Assembly (NCBI GenBank): GCA_964106915.2
Contig: OZ066917.1
DNA: 64,000 nt
Direction: 5' to 3' (one strand)
DNA from: Podarcis gaigeae
Lineage: Eukaryota
Of the stretch, positions 1-13,963 are shown one piece after another. How positions within the stretch are numbered: position 1 is the first letter of the stretch; each line of letters opens with the position of its first letter. Under the pieces are notes generated by a model. The model saw only the letters and a program-made list of their open reading frames with translations, ran no database searches and was not told the DNA's origin. The position numbers and the translations under genes were made by a program.

Positions 1-692
1 CTCTTTCTATACAGAAACAGGGAAGAATATTCATGTATCGAAGGGAGTCTAACGCCACCTGTTTCATAGAGATAATGTGTGTTTGGAAACCTGCAGAGAT
101 GTCAAGCTACCAGCTCAATCCTATCAAAACAAAAAAGCAGACGGAAGAGGGGGGTTGACTTGGAGGGGAACAAATGGTGCACATGTTCCTCAGCTATATC
201 TTAAGGCATAATGGAAATGATGAAACATGCCAGGGATTCATGCTAATGTGAAGCAGCTGGAGTATTATCAGTTTGTTTGGTAACCACAGCCAGTATTGCT
301 ATTTCTCATTCATCTGGCTAATCGCTTCTGCTTCTGGTGGGTGTAAATTTCCTTTCAAAGCCTGTCAGTGATGGCTTGTTCTTTTGCTTGCTATTTCCTG
401 TCAGTGCTGTTTCTTTCCATTGCTTGCTAGCTAATTACCTTTTTCACATTAATATTGAAGGAGTGCCACAATAATGCAGTGGCCACAATGATACAATGCT
501 TATGCCAGTCCCATTTAGATGAGGTGAAATATAGGTTGATAGATTGGTTGATTTTTATCTTACCTGGAATAAACATCTGCTCCCTGTAGACGGTGGCTTG
601 TTTGAAGGCAACTGGTCAGAAATAAATAGCGATGGTTTGTAAAAGGGATGATGTTTCGTGCTATTAACTACTGTCCTAAAACTTGTTCCTAG

Positions 693-872
693 CTCACGTT
701 AACACCAGCCCAGCAGCAATTATTGATACAACAGGCACAGGCACAGTTGCTGGCAGCTGCAGTGCAGCATTCAGCCAGTCAGCAGCACAATGCTGCAGGC
801 GCCACCATCTCAGCTTCTGCTGCAACGCCCATGACACAAATTCCTCTATCTCAACCGATACAAATTGCACAG
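693..872 (+). CDS. POU2F1: POU2F1 (Oct-1) internal coding exon, Q-rich N-terminal region
   Basis: ttcctAG acceptor, GTgag donor, 180 nt phase 0/0; encodes [60 protein letters not shown], matching vertebrate Oct-1. Upstream exons lie outside the window. Confidence 0.96.
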
Positions 873-1369
873 GTGAGCTTTGTCTTTCGAACCATTGATC
901 ATGTTGGCCTGCCCTAATATGTCTCTTTTGTTACTCTTTTGTTCGCAGTGCAACTGAATAAGGGCTCACAAGGCAGTGTTTTGAATACCTTGGCAACATA
1001 GTCTGCTTGGTCCTCTGAATTCCAAAGACCACACATCCCTGTTACAGAAAGCTACAAGTTTCCTTTTATAAAATGCAGGCATGGCAACATTCAGGTCAAA
1101 TAATCTGGCTCTTATAAACAGTTTTTACATTTGAGCACTTGCTCTTTCCACTCCACTTGCTTTCCTCATTTCCTGATTTTTGCAGGCCACAATTTGGTGT
1201 GACATCCAAAGTGGGTAAATTAAAGTTTATGCAAACCATTATTTTCCCATTCTGGTTTGGAGACAACCATGGTTTGAAATGAGTTTCTGATTCTGGTTTG
1301 GTAATAAAATGTAGTATTTCACACCCAGAAATGAGAGGACATTGAAGGGACGTTGTGGGCACAAAGCTG

Positions 1370-2525
1370 TTCACAAGAACCAAACCATGATTCGGCTGTT
1401 AAATCTGAGCAAGACTCACATATGCAGTTTGGTTCTTGATCCAACTCAGGACTTCATGGCAACCATGGGGTTGTTTCAAGTGATCATTGACCTGACACAC
1501 AATGCAGAACACACTCCTGATTTGGTTTTTGCTCCTGGTGGTGAGGTAGGATGCCTGGAAATGAGGAGGTGTTTCTGTGCCCCTTTTGTCATCATCAGAC
1601 CACTTCCTGGTGAAGCTTGAGCTGACACCAGTCCCCCCCTGCAGGGGTGGAGGACCAGTTAGGGTAGACCACTTAGGGATTCCTGAATGCTATAGGTATT
1701 TTCTGATGGGTGAAACAGGCAAACCTGCCAAGGCCCTCGTTTCACTGGGGAATGGTGAGATGTGGAGGGCCATAGATATGGTTCCTTCTGCGCATCCTCT
1801 CAAATGCTGTGTTAGAGCACATAATCATGCCTACTTTGCAGTCGTGAAAGCAGCAAGGAGGGTCTACTTCACTGTCTCCATTACACCATTGAATAACTAC
1901 ATAGCAGAGTTCTTCAGAGTGGTCTGTTGGCTCTGGACCCCTGTATTAGTGAATGGAGCTCAGGAGCCCCCAGGGACTTTTGGTTTCTAGACACTTTAGA
2001 GAATGAAGTCACTCACCTCCATAATGTGCTTGATTCCATGATTTATGCAGCTCCAAGTGAGATTTCCAGTCATCCACTAAGCCTTTTTGTGAGATCAGTT
2101 TCAGTTTTTGCAGCCTGCCGACATAAACAAGGTGCTTGGAAGTATGCTACTATTCGTGGGGCCAGACTACTGCCAGCATATATCTCCTTGTCTTTGGAAT
2201 CTGCATTGGCTGCCAAGCTGCTTCCAGTCCAGGCAGCCAATACAGATTTTGGTACTAATGTATAAGGCCCTAAGCATCTCTGGACCAAGTTATTTGAGAG
2301 ACTGCCTTACTCTCCATATGCCCAGCAAGTTACTTCTTTGCAATTGGGGCTGTTCTTGAAACCCTAAAAATATCAGAAGTTCTAGCCATGACAATATGTT
2401 GCAGGGTTTTCAGTGTGACTGTTTGTGTAACAGGATCATTGTTGAGATACAGCAGGTGCCCTCTGTTTGTAATTTCCAGAAACAATTGAAGACATTCTTG
2501 TTTCAACAAGCTTTTCCAGCTGGGT
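1370..2525 (+). mobile_element. Degenerate, internally deleted L2-type LINE
   Basis: Frameshifted ORF2 pieces: endonuclease-like 'MGLFQVIIDLTHNAEHTPDLVF', 'SDHFLV', 'KAARRVYF..AEFFRVV', and C-terminal 'HISPCLWNLHWLP..ILVLMYKAL..GPSYLRDCL'. Confidence 0.75.
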
Positions 2526-2683
2526 GTGAGTAGGGATGGGAACTAGGTTTCTTGCCTATCTTTAGTTGATTTGTATATTTTTTTTAAGCCTATTCTTAGT
2601 GATTTTTAGTGTATGGTATGAATCACTTTGAGATGTATATGAAATCAATGTAAAGTTAAATTTCTTGGACTTGTATTTGTATG

Positions 2684-2686
<3 letters not shown>

Positions 2687-2719
<33 letters not shown>
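2687..2719. repeat. (CA)n microsatellite
   Basis: Seen directly. Confidence 0.98.
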
Positions 2720-2721
<2 letters not shown>

Positions 2722-4349
2722 ATATAATTGCTAATGAATTTTTAATTATTTTATTTCTAGTTCCGAGTCTCCATGTGAACTCTGCTTTTGAGTGGCCTAT
2801 AAGTATAGTTAATAATTCTGGTAGATCATGGTCACAATGAGCAAAAATGAAAGTTGAGAGCCAGTGTAGTATTAGAATTAAACCTGGGAGACCTGAGTTC
2901 AGTTACCTACTCATTGGGTCATTTAGGACCACTTCCTTACCTGTCACCTTAACCTACCTTATAGGTTTGCATATATATATCTGAAGTCCGTCACTTTTTC
3001 CACTGCAAATTGGAGTATATGGACTTCATCAATCGCTTACAACAGAGCACTGCTTAGCTTGTTTGGATTACTATTATAAATACATTATCCAAATAATTGT
3101 TTGTTTTTATAGCCCTGTTCTTGAATAATTGATTCACTGACCTGATCTCCGTTTCAGACACATCATTATATTTAACTGATTTTACACACACAACTCGAGC
3201 TGCGATCATTGCAAGAAATCTTCTGTGAGAATATGAATAAATGGAATAAATGCTAGCAGGGTTTTTCCCTAACATTTATATAGTAGTGTTTATAGCTCTC
3301 TGTTCACCTACTGGTAAGGCAGTTTACAGAGCTAATACAAATTATACCACATCCTGATAGATACAATGTACATAACAAAACACAATTTAGCATGCTGCGA
3401 GGAAATTGTTTTTCATTTTTCATAATATGTTCTTACCACTCAAGTTCTTGCTATCTTTTTTTTATCATGGTGGTACAATGGGCTAGTGTTTTGAGTCTGT
3501 TGGCTTCTTACCAGACCTACAAAAGCCATCAAGTCAGTAGGATTCCGAGAGTTAATTCTCTGATGTGTGAAACATGGCCATAGATTGAAGTTGATTACTG
3601 CCCAGACACCATATTGTTCCATGTTTACTTCCCCTCCACCTCCCATATGATGAGCATGTCCCCACATAAACAATTGTAGGATTCACTTCTGTCGGTTGGG
3701 CAGACTAAGGCCAAGAGGAAGGAGATGGTATGTACTTTCTCTCACCACTGTTTTGTAGCTGCTGCTTGCCTGGAAGCAGATGTATGAGAAAGCAAAGGCA
3801 GATTTCCAGTAGCATCCCTCTGCTTGTATGATGCAGCTGGCATAAAATTCCAGCAGGTCTCCTTAGGAGCAGGGTTGATGAGCCTGGTGGGCTGTTGATG
3901 GCTGCACTAGTCCTTTCCTACCAGAGCCCCCATCACCTGCGGAGGGCAGATACAAAAACTGAAGGAGCCTGGGGACAAGTAGAGCTCCGTGGCAGCCTAA
4001 AACTTCAACATTTGCTGATGCTAAAATTTTGTTTCTATTAGTGAAATTGATGATATGCTGAAAACCTCAAGAGGAGGACTACATCCTTAAATCAATACTT
4101 TGCTGTTGTTCCTTCGCGTTAGCAACTTTTTCCAGGTCATTCTATGATTCTATGAATTAGTATATGTTCATTTTTTTCTGCGCTGTTAAATTGAGATGCC
4201 CTGTGTTTGCAGAGTAAGAATTTTGGATCACGGTTCTTTTCCTAATGGAAAAGAACTCTACTTTTCCTAATGGGTTTGTCTTGCTTTTGAAGGGGAGGGA
4301 ATGACTGTTTAAGTTTAAAAAACTCTTAATTTCGTTTTGCTTCTTCAAG

Positions 4350-4476
4350 GATTTGCAGCACCTGCAGCAGCTCCAACAACAGAATCTCAACCTGCAACAG
4401 TTTGTGTTGGTGCATCCAACAACCAACTTGCAACCAGCACAGTTCATCATCTCACAGACGCCGCAGGGGCAGCAGG
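4350..4476 (+). CDS. POU2F1: POU2F1 coding exon (Q-rich activation domain)
   Basis: ttcaAG / GTgag, 127 nt phase 0/1; [42 protein letters not shown](G). Confidence 0.96.
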
Positions 4477-4877
4477 GTGAGCAAGACGTTTCCTAAAGGA
4501 CTTAGGTTTTTAATAAAGATATTTTGTTGCAGGCAAACAAGCAACCAGAGGTATTTAATACTCAGGCACGTAAATTTTAGGGAAGATGTTTGTTACTATA
4601 GAGTAGGGACCATCTGGGTGAATATATCCATCACATGAGCAGAAGTCCAATAAGTATGCCGGCATGGCTTCTCTGGAATCCTTATCCTTTCCCTTCTTTA
4701 ATATAGTACTCTTTCCCCCCTTTTTTACAGTTTTGGAAATAGTCAGCATACAGGACACCTCTTTTCCCCTATATGCCTTTATTTGGGCTAAAACTTTAGG
4801 CTACAAAAATTCATTTTTAAAAATTCTGTCCCACCTTTTCTGCAGTTGCTAGAGTGCTTCGAGTGTCATGATTGTAA

Positions 4878-7640
4878 TGAACATAAGAAGAGTTCTTCTG
4901 GATCAGGCCAAAGACTCATTTAATCTAGCATCCTGTTCTTACAGTGGCCAACAAGATCCCTATAGGAAGCCCCTATGCAGGACCTGAGTGCAAGAGCACT
5001 CTCCCTTCCTGTGATTCCCAGCAACTGATATTCAGAGGCATACTATCTCCAACCGTAGAGTTAGAACATAGCCATTGTGGCTAGATGCCATTGATAGCCT
5101 GATCCTCTATGAATTTGTCGAATCCTCTTTTAAAGCCATCCAAGTTGGTGGCCATCACTACATTTGTGGGAGCGAATACCATAGTTTAAACTATGCGCTA
5201 TGTGAAGAAGTACTTTCTTTTGTCCTGAATCTTCCAACATTCAGCTTCATTGGCTTCCCCTGAGTTCTAGTACTATATAGTAGGGAGAGTTTTCTGCCTG
5301 CCACTTTTTCCATGCCACACCTAATCTTATGCACCGCTCTCACATCCCCACTCCCACCACTCATCTTTCCCCCCTAAACTTAAAATCCCTTTATGTTTCC
5401 TCAGGGGAGTTCTCCAACCCCATGATCACTTTAGTTCCCTCTTTTCTGAATTTTTTGTCCCAGCTGTGCAGTATCCTTTTTGAGGGGAGGTGACCATAAA
5501 CTGTACACAGTATTCCAAGTGTAGTCTCCCCATAGATTTGTTATAACAGCATTGTGATTTTGGCAGTTAAATTTTCAGTCCCTTTCGTGATGATCCCTAA
5601 CATGAAATTCGCCTCTTTCACAGCTGCCGCACACTGGGTCGGGTCAACATCTTCATCGAGTTACCCTCTACAACCTCAAGGTCTCATTCCTGGTCAGTCA
5701 CTGCCATTTCAGACCCCATTAGCGTATATGTTAAATGAGGGGTAAAAATTTGCCCCAATGTGCATCATTTTACACTTGCTTACAATAAATTGCATTTGCC
5801 GTTTTACTGCTTTTTCACCCAGTTTGTAGAGATCCTTTTGGAGCTCAACAATTTGGTATTGTCAGCAAACTTGGCTACCTCATTGTTCACCCCTAACTCC
5901 AGATCATTAAAAAGTAAAAAGCAAAGGCCTCAGTCCTTGTTGGCCTTCACTTTCTTCATCCTTGCATTGGGAGAACTGTCCATTTATTCCTACTCTGCTT
6001 TCTGTTTCTTAACTAATTCCTGATCCATAAGAGGACTTCTCTTACTCCATGACTGCTAAGTTTATTCAGGAGTCTTGGGTGAGATACTTACCTGCAGCTT
6101 TTTGAAATTATTAAGTCAAGTTTTGAAGTAGTAAGACAGCATGTCAGCTGGATCACCTCTTCCTATATGCTTGTTGATACTCAAAGAGAGAACTGTAATA
6201 ACACAGGACTTGCCCTTGCAGAAACTATTCTGGTTCTGCTTCAGCAAGGCATAACAATTCTTTCCACCAGTTTTTGTGGAACAGATGTTAAGATAATTGA
6301 CCTGCAATTTCCCAGGAACCCCAACCCCACCCCAGATCCTTTTTTAAAAATCCACTGCCGAGTCCTCAGGTATGGAGGTTAATTGACAGTTTTCATATTT
6401 TTGTTATAAGTTCAGCAATTTCACATTTCAAAACTCTTGGGTGCCATCTGGACCAGATGATTTTTCAGTTTCTAATTTGTGAAAAAGACCTAGAACTTGT
6501 CACCACCATTTGCCTCACTTCTTCTTCTTCTTCTTAAAAAAAAAACCTCCATGCAAGTTTATTCAGGCACAGGTGTCTTCCCTACATCTTGCACAGTGAA
6601 GACAAATAATTGATTCAGCTCCTCTGCAGGCTCCTTTTACTCGTTTAGCACATATTTGGCTCTTTTGTCATCCAAAGGCCTGACTACCTCCCTATGCAGT
6701 CACCTGCTTTGAATGTAATTAAATAATTTTTGTCAGTCCTTGTTTTTATCATTTATTGGTTTCATTGGTTTATTATTTATTGGTCTGTCTGCCTTTCTTT
6801 TGGACTAGACTTCCATTTTATGAGGGAATCCTTCCTGCCTCTGATAGCTTCCTTGACTCTGCTCTTTACCACACCAGCATCTTAATGATCCTGGCCGTAC
6901 CTTTCCAGATCTGTGGAATATATTCTAGCTAGGCTTCTATTATTGTGGTTTTGAACAACCCTGGGGATTCTGGAGAGACCTGTCCCTCTTGACTTTCAGC
7001 TTCCATTTTACCAATCACCTCATTTTGGCGAAGTTTCCTCCTTTGAAATAAAATGTGACTGTGTTGGATTTTATTGGCAATTTACATATATGTTGAATTT
7101 GATAGCACTGCGGTAATTGTTTCCAATCTGCTTAACACATCTTCCACCTGGTCTTGAGTTTCACTTAAGTTTTAAGTCTTGGGTTGCCACCCCTCTAGTT
7201 GGTACAATGACCACCTGTTAGGAAACAGTCATTTAGGATATCTAGAAATTTTATTTCTTTTTTATTATTAGAAAATGCATGTCGCCCATTATATGTGTGG
7301 GTTACTGAAATTTCCCATTACTGTAGCATTTTCTCATTTGGATGCCTCCTTGATTTAATCCTTCATTTCAAGATTACCCTGGGCATTTTGGTCAGGGGGA
7401 TCCTCAGTGCTAAATTACTTTTGGGAGCTGGTATAATGCCCCCCCCCCCATTTCTGTGAAGGAACCTGCCCCTTTTGGAGTTTCTAGCTTGTTGGACTTG
7501 TGTTCTCTCTGTTAAACAGAGCAGCCTCAGCTCTAGACCATGTATAGAGTCTGTATCAAGAGATCATCATGTCCCACTGGAACTCTCCATTCCACCAAGT
7601 TTCCATTATACCCACTGTATCTATTCTGTCATCTAACTTG
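4878..7640 (-). mobile_element. Degenerate CR1-type LINE (ORF2 relic and 3' end)
   Basis: Minus-strand relics of 'FCKGKSC', 'KFAD', endonuclease MGDFN-like and GITETWW-like motifs; squamate CR1-associated 3' sequence near 4878-5230. Boundaries are approximate. Confidence 0.8.
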
Positions 7641-8181
7641 GCTTGTCTTTTAGCATTATCATATAAATACTTCTACATAGTGTCTTCAGCACATGTGTTA
7701 CTCTGCAGTGCTTCAAACCTTTGAATTGCTATCATGTGCCCCTGCACTCTCAATGCCTATTTCTCTCCTTCTCTCCTCTGAATACGGGTAACTTATGGAC
7801 GCTTAACTTGTACTATTTCAGCTTTGCACGGTTGAAGGCTGGTCAGTTGAAATCACACAAATTAAAAGCACATAAGGCAGGAGCTTAAAAGCTCTTTTTA
7901 CAAAGTGTTTTCCCGGTGCAGAAAGAGCTTTTGAGCTGTCAGACTTGCTTACTGGGTTCTGGTAGATCTTGCAAGAGCTTCCCAGAGCCCAGTAAGCAGT
8001 TCAGTTCCATTTTGGGGGGGGGGGGGGGAATGATATACTGGAAATAGATTTCCTTCAGCAGACTTCTGCATAAAATACTAAGGAGCTATATGGTCTGTGC
8101 CCATAAGTCACCATACTGCAGTAAATCGGTTTGATAATAGCATTTATGTAATTTTTAAAATTCATGTCTCCTCTCTTTTAG

Positions 8182-8276
8182 GTCTCCTGCAAGCGCAGAA
8201 TCTCTTAACGCAACTACCTCAGCAAAGCCAAGCCAACCTCCTGCAGTCTCAGCCAAGCATCACTTTCACCTCTCAG
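8182..8276 (+). CDS. POU2F1: POU2F1 coding exon
   Basis: ttttAG / GTcag, 95 nt phase 1/0; (G)[31 protein letters not shown]. Confidence 0.96.
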
Positions 8277-9033
8277 GTCAGTTTTCAATAAATTTACTTG
8301 GTGGGGTTAGGATGAGAGAATTCAGCCATGGTGCATAGCAAAAGTTGTCCATTTTATTATTCTAGAGAGACAATGAACTGGTGGCTACCTCTCACTTAAG
8401 AGATTGTTACATATTCTAAAAACCTTTGCACTTGTGCTGGAAAATTTTGAGCACAGTGTATGTGTCATGCTATATTTTACGTATCAGGAAATTACTGGGA
8501 AATGTATTAACGCATCTGGAAAGCAGTGATTAGAAGTCTAGCTACTGTCAGAATAGGAATTGTGCTTAGATGCAACTTCTGAACCTGTCCTAAGTCCATC
8601 TGATAACACTTTGTCACTTGCTAAAATGCTTTATAGCAGAAAAGCCACAAACTCTTTCTGGAGCTGTTTTGGACTTTGGGGACTTTACTCTTCCCACTCA
8701 CCCCTTTGCTTTGTTCAGTCATTCTCTTTTTTGCATAGTGAGAATAATTGGGAGAAAGTGTACTTCATTCTTAAGCAGAAAAATTAAAGGATCAGGAGAC
8801 ACCTTTGTTTTTATTGTCCTTTCAAAAGAATTTCTCTGTTGAATAAAATTCCCTTTGAGAATACTCTAGATTGCAATACCTATTTTAGAGTTGAATGTAA
8901 TTAAAATACAATGCGTATGCTAGAAAATAGTAGATACTAGCATTTACCAAGAAAAGCCATACTTTTTTTCTTAACCATTCTTTATTTCTATGTTTTCTGA
9001 CTTCACTCTTTGCTTTCTTATATTTCTTAGCAG

Positions 9034-9207
9034 CCAGCAACCCCAACACGCACAATAGCAGCGACCCCTATTCAGCCACTTCCACAGAGCCAGTCAACAC
9101 CAAAGCGAATTGATACCCCCAGCTTGGAAGAGCCCAGTGATCTTGAGGAGCTTGAGCAATTTGCCAAGACTTTCAAACAAAGACGAATCAAACTTGGATT
9201 CACTCAG
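9034..9207 (+). CDS. POU2F1: POU2F1 coding exon, start of POU-specific domain
   Basis: TAGCAG tandem acceptor (alternative start 9031) / GTaaa; [58 protein letters not shown]. Confidence 0.96.
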
Positions 9208-11532
9208 GTAAAATGGAAGATTTAAGATCCCTTCACAATGGGTAAAATACCAGTGTTCAGATCTGGAAGGACAGGGTCTATATCACTTTTCCTAATTTGT
9301 CATGACTTCTTATGTGGGATTTTATTAGTGTCTGTGGAGGATTTGTGAATTTCCAAGTGAAATGCATTTTAATTAATGTCAAGCAAACATAAACCACCTT
9401 ATACCGAGCCAGACCATTGGTCCTTAAGTTCAGTATTGTCTGCATTGGCTACTAGCAGTTCTCCAAGGTTACAAACAGGAGAACTCCCCTGTTCTACCTG
9501 TAGGTAGAAGGGATTTTGCATGCAAATCATGTGTTGTACCATTGAACTACAGAGCTGCCACTTCAGATGGGTTCTGTACAGAAACCACTTTAGTTATCCA
9601 AATGGATTAGCTTTGCAAGGAGATCAAGGTGAGTTTGCCCCTACGATTTTTCCTGGACCTTTTGGAAGCTTTTGCTACCATTATCCACAGCATCCTTTTG
9701 GACTGCCTGGCTGGGATGAGAGTGAATGGCACAGTTGTTTTATTACTACCTGGTGGGTCCGGTTCAGAAAGTGGTTCTGCAAGACTATGGCTCCAAACCA
9801 TACCATGTATACTTTGGGGTTCCATAGGCTTCTAATTTGTCCCCCTGGCTACCACTGCATCACAGGTAGGCAAACTGTTCCTCGTGCCTCCTAAAGCTGC
9901 CCCATTCCTCCATCCCATCAAAGTTCTTTCCTCCACTTCCCCCTTTTTTTCCTTGCTCACCTCCCCACACCCACCCTTGGAGCAGAAAACTGAGAAGAAA
10001 TTGGTGGGCTGCTGCCTTGTGTGCATTGTACTGAAAAGAATACCTCTATACTTATTTGAGAACACCTCCATCAAATCTAGTGAGGTTTGCTTCTAAATAG
10101 GGCTGGAGATCAGAGTTTCAGATGTGAGTCCATGGCCTTCACACGCAGAAGTAAATCAGTGGTATAAAATTCTTTTTACAAGCTTAAGCTGGTGCACATG
10201 CTGTGATCCTCCTGGGCAAAGATAGCCTGACCACTTTTCTCTATAAGAAAAGTTATAACCAAAATAACCCATTGCAACACACTTTATGGGAGATGATATC
10301 TCATCAGATCTAAAAGAGCTCTATTGGTTCTTTATACATTTCTAGGTTTAGTGCTGAGTGTTGTAGCTATAAAGGGCTTTACAGGCTTTCTTAAGGACTG
10401 CCTACTCCTGTACAAACCTGTCCATTTCTGAGCTCACCTGGGGATGCCTTTCTTAAGGTTCCCCCACCTTTTGAGAAAAGCATAGTAGTAATTAAAGATT
10501 GGACTTTCCCTGTATTGACATAATATTTTGGGCTTATGATGATATTTTTAAAGTGGTCTTGTGGGTCCATACATACAGAAAAGCAATGCTAGGAAAGGAT
10601 CATCATAATTTTCCCAATAAAATTTGTTTGAGCAGACTTTAATGAGAATCAACTTATTTATGTTAAGCATATATGGATGAGCCATGCTTCTGTAGCTTTT
10701 TCAGATGTATGCACTTCAAACTCCATTGAATGTATATCCTATGTGACAACCTAATCAATCTTTCCTTAACTGAGATGGGCAAAAATTCAATTGTGGATGG
10801 AAATTCTTCTCCCCCTCCCCTAAGTCAAAGGGGCACCTTGTACTTCTCTGTTTTGCAGCAAAACATTGTACCACTAGGATGCCAAACAGTATAGTATTTA
10901 CTTAACAATTATATTGCACAAGCTATATACATAATTAGTTTTTAATGATAGTGATTGCTTAATTATGTGAGAGGATAGTAATTAGAAAACTGAAGTAATA
11001 AATGTTTAATTTCTCAAAGTGTGTGTGTGAGAGAGAATTATTTGCCGGTGGTACAGTAAGTTATTTTCAGATGCTTATAGATTTATTGTTCTGTCTTTCA
11101 GAAATAATTACGGGGTTCAGGTTTATATAGAAGACTAATAGACTAATTGCCTATTGCAATTCAATTCTCAAGTTAAAAAAAAAATCAAAAGAAGACTTTA
11201 CAATTTAAAATAAATATCTAAAGTAGGAGATTAAGTGTTATGGTAATTAGACTCCTCATTGTATCCAAAGGTGGTGGATGTCCTACATAAACAAAAATAA
11301 TTCAGTTTGTTATCCCAGTTGTTGTCAATTTGATCTGTCATGAGTTGTACATGAATTAAATGAGTTTATGTACTTGACCCTGATACTTTTTATGTGACTA
11401 TATGCAGAGGCACTCATTCATTGAGCTGACATCCCTTAACGTTGGAAGAAAGTGCTTAACTTCACTTAACTGTTGGACTTGAAGGCTGTGGAAACTGATT
11501 CAGCCCTCTGTGTTGAGGCAGAATCCCTTAAA

Positions 11533-11735
11533 CAGTTAAACCTTGGATCCCGAACACCTCTGTTTCAGAATGTTTAAGCTCTCAGATGCTTTTCAGAAGC
11601 CGAACGTCTGACATGGCTTCCGCTGAGTGCAGGAAGTTCCTGCAACTGATTGGAAGCCGTGCCTAGGTTGTCAAACATTTTGGAAGCCAAATGGGCTTCC
11701 AGAATGGATTACGTTCAACAACTGAGGTTTGACTG
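11533..11735. mobile_element. Tc1/mariner (Tigger/pogo-like) non-autonomous element, old copy
   Basis: Imperfect TIRs CAGTTAAACCTTGG ... CTGAGGTTTGACTG followed by TA. Confidence 0.6.
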
Positions 11736-12073
11736 TACATAACACTTCACCAGGCCTCCTCACCAAACAGGGTGCTGGTCAGATCCTTTGACCAAGTGCT
11801 AACTTCATTCCTTCTTGAGCAACACTTTTGCAAGATGGTCTATCTTACACCAATTTTAAAGCATGTGTTGGACATAAATTTGTCAAAAGGACAGTTTAAT
11901 TCAGTGGGAAGCTAGCATACGTCTATCAACAAGAAGGAAGAAATCTGAGTGTGTCTCTGTTGTATCTGTCAATAGCTTTGTAATGAGATTTATTTTATTA
12001 CATCTGTCCTATAGAAGTATATGTTGTTGAGCAACTTCTTTTATTCCCATCTTCTTTTCCTTCAACCGTGCAG

Positions 12074-12215
12074 GGTGATGTTGGGCTCGCTATGGGTAAA
12101 CTCTATGGAAATGACTTCAGTCAAACTACTATCTCTCGCTTTGAAGCCTTGAACCTCAGCTTTAAGAACATGTGCAAGTTAAAACCACTTCTGGAAAAGT
12201 GGCTCAATGATGCAG
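12074..12215 (+). CDS. POU2F1: POU2F1 coding exon, POU-specific domain
   Basis: tgcAG / GTgag, 142 nt phase 0/1; [47 protein letters not shown]. Confidence 0.98.
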
Positions 12216-13492
12216 GTGAGAATTTCCTTTAAAAATTCCTGAAATACTGCAGAACAACTCTGAATTTCGTAAAGATTTTTATTCAAATGCTCTTTGTGGT
12301 GGGGTTCAATTTTGTTATACTTACAACAGAGATTTTCATTCTGTTCAGTCTGTTATGCAAGTGGAATAGATTGAAGAAGCATAAATAGCTACTTACTTGA
12401 GCGGTCTTTCTGAAGCATTTGTACGGCACTGGCTCTGATGTGAAAATAATTGCACATATACAGTGTTTTTCAACCACATAATCATAAAGTTACTCTGGCA
12501 CTTTTTATTCTTAAGACCAAAAAATGCTCAAAAATACATGAGCAAGAATATTGGCTGGTGCATATAAAAAGTTAGTGGCTAACCCTAAATGTGGCCATGT
12601 GCAATTAGGTTTGATCAAACCTTGTCTCCTTCAGACCTTGAGAACTGACTTTCCATCTGAGCTGTATAGTATGGCTTTTTAAATAGGAAGTACTGTTAGT
12701 TTCAGTATTTCTGCTACATAGGACCCATAGGCCTAGATACTAGATGTCCCTTCCACAAATTGAATGGCTCAGTCTGTTTGCAGAATGGCCTTCGATCCAG
12801 TGGTAGTGATGCAATTCATCCTGTAGCCTGCCACACACCACCTCCCGCTCTCTTCTGCAAGGTGCCTCAACTCTCTTGAGCAGATTTGGAGGAGGGGAGG
12901 AACAGGGGGCTGCTGGGAGGAGGGATAATTGGTGAAACTTGATGGGAAGGTCCTATGAGTGGATTTCTGCTCAAGGCAACTTGAGATCCAAGCCATAGAA
13001 TTTTTGGATATTTGTTTGCTTGTATACTACCTTTCAGGACTATACAGTGGTTCACATGATAAAGGAAATTAAATTACAATATGAAATACACTGTGTACAA
13101 TAACTGCATGAAATACACAATGTACAAAACCAGTAACCCCACATCGCATACAGCAAATGAATAAGGTCAGCAGAGGCAGGCTGCAAACCCCTTAACTAAA
13201 GGCCTGGGATACATTTTTAACTGGTGCTAGAAACTAATTAAGGTGGGTGTCAGTCAGGTCTGTAAGGGAAGGGCATGCCACAATCATGGTACCCTAATTG
13301 AGAACACCCTCAGTTATGGGAGTGTAGTCTGGCATCAGGAGGTCCAGTGCTGGTCATTCCTAGGTTGAGGAGGAGGGGGGGCCATTACATGAGTTAATGT
13401 GTAGTAGTTTAACCAAGTACTGTGAGTGGTACCTTTTAAAAATATATTCTTAGCACGCTTTAGTGACCTTGACTTGTGTTGACTGTTTTCAG

Positions 13493-13638
13493 AAAACCTC
13501 TCATCAGATTCAGCTCTCTCCAGCCCAAGTGCCCTGAATTCCCCAGGGCTGGGGATTGAGGGCTTGAACCGCAGGAGGAAGAAACGCACCAGCATAGAGA
13601 CCAACATACGTGTGGCCTTAGAGAAGAGTTTCCTGGAG
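13493..13638 (+). CDS. POU2F1: POU2F1 coding exon, POU linker and start of homeodomain
   Basis: tttcAG / GTtag, 146 nt phase 1/0; (E)[48 protein letters not shown]. Confidence 0.97.
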
Positions 13639-13963
13639 GTTAGTCAGTCTGTCGCACTGCTGAGTAGTTTCAGCATAGCATGAAATGATAAAATGGCATA
13701 AGAACAATTAAATAACATTATAAAATACTATATTACCTGACACACTATGACTATATGAATCACGTGACCTTCTGTCCTTCCCATGTAAGAAGTAGAAGAG
13801 GAATTTGTGCATCTTCCCTGCTATGAGAGAGATATTTCAGATGTATCTGCAACAATTATAGGTAGCTGCTGGCTTTCATTGTTGCAGCTTCCCTGTAAAA
13901 TGGGAATTCACCCTGTGTCCAAACTATAACTGAGCTCTTCTCTTCAAATTACTACTCTTTCAG

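Noticed and set aside
3054-3275. 73-aa minus ORF in AT-rich intronic sequence, considered as an endogenous viral or L1 fragment
   Set aside because: It has no diagnostic motif I can name with confidence; a translated search is needed.
4555-4758. Minus ORF containing 'KTVK-x20-PAYLLD', reminiscent of NSA2
   Set aside because: The similarity does not extend on either side, so it is probably chance. A tblastn search would settle it.
13540-13570. Two-residue (LG) longer POU linker than human
   Set aside because: As I recall, rodent Oct-1 has the same longer linker, so this is ordinary variation.
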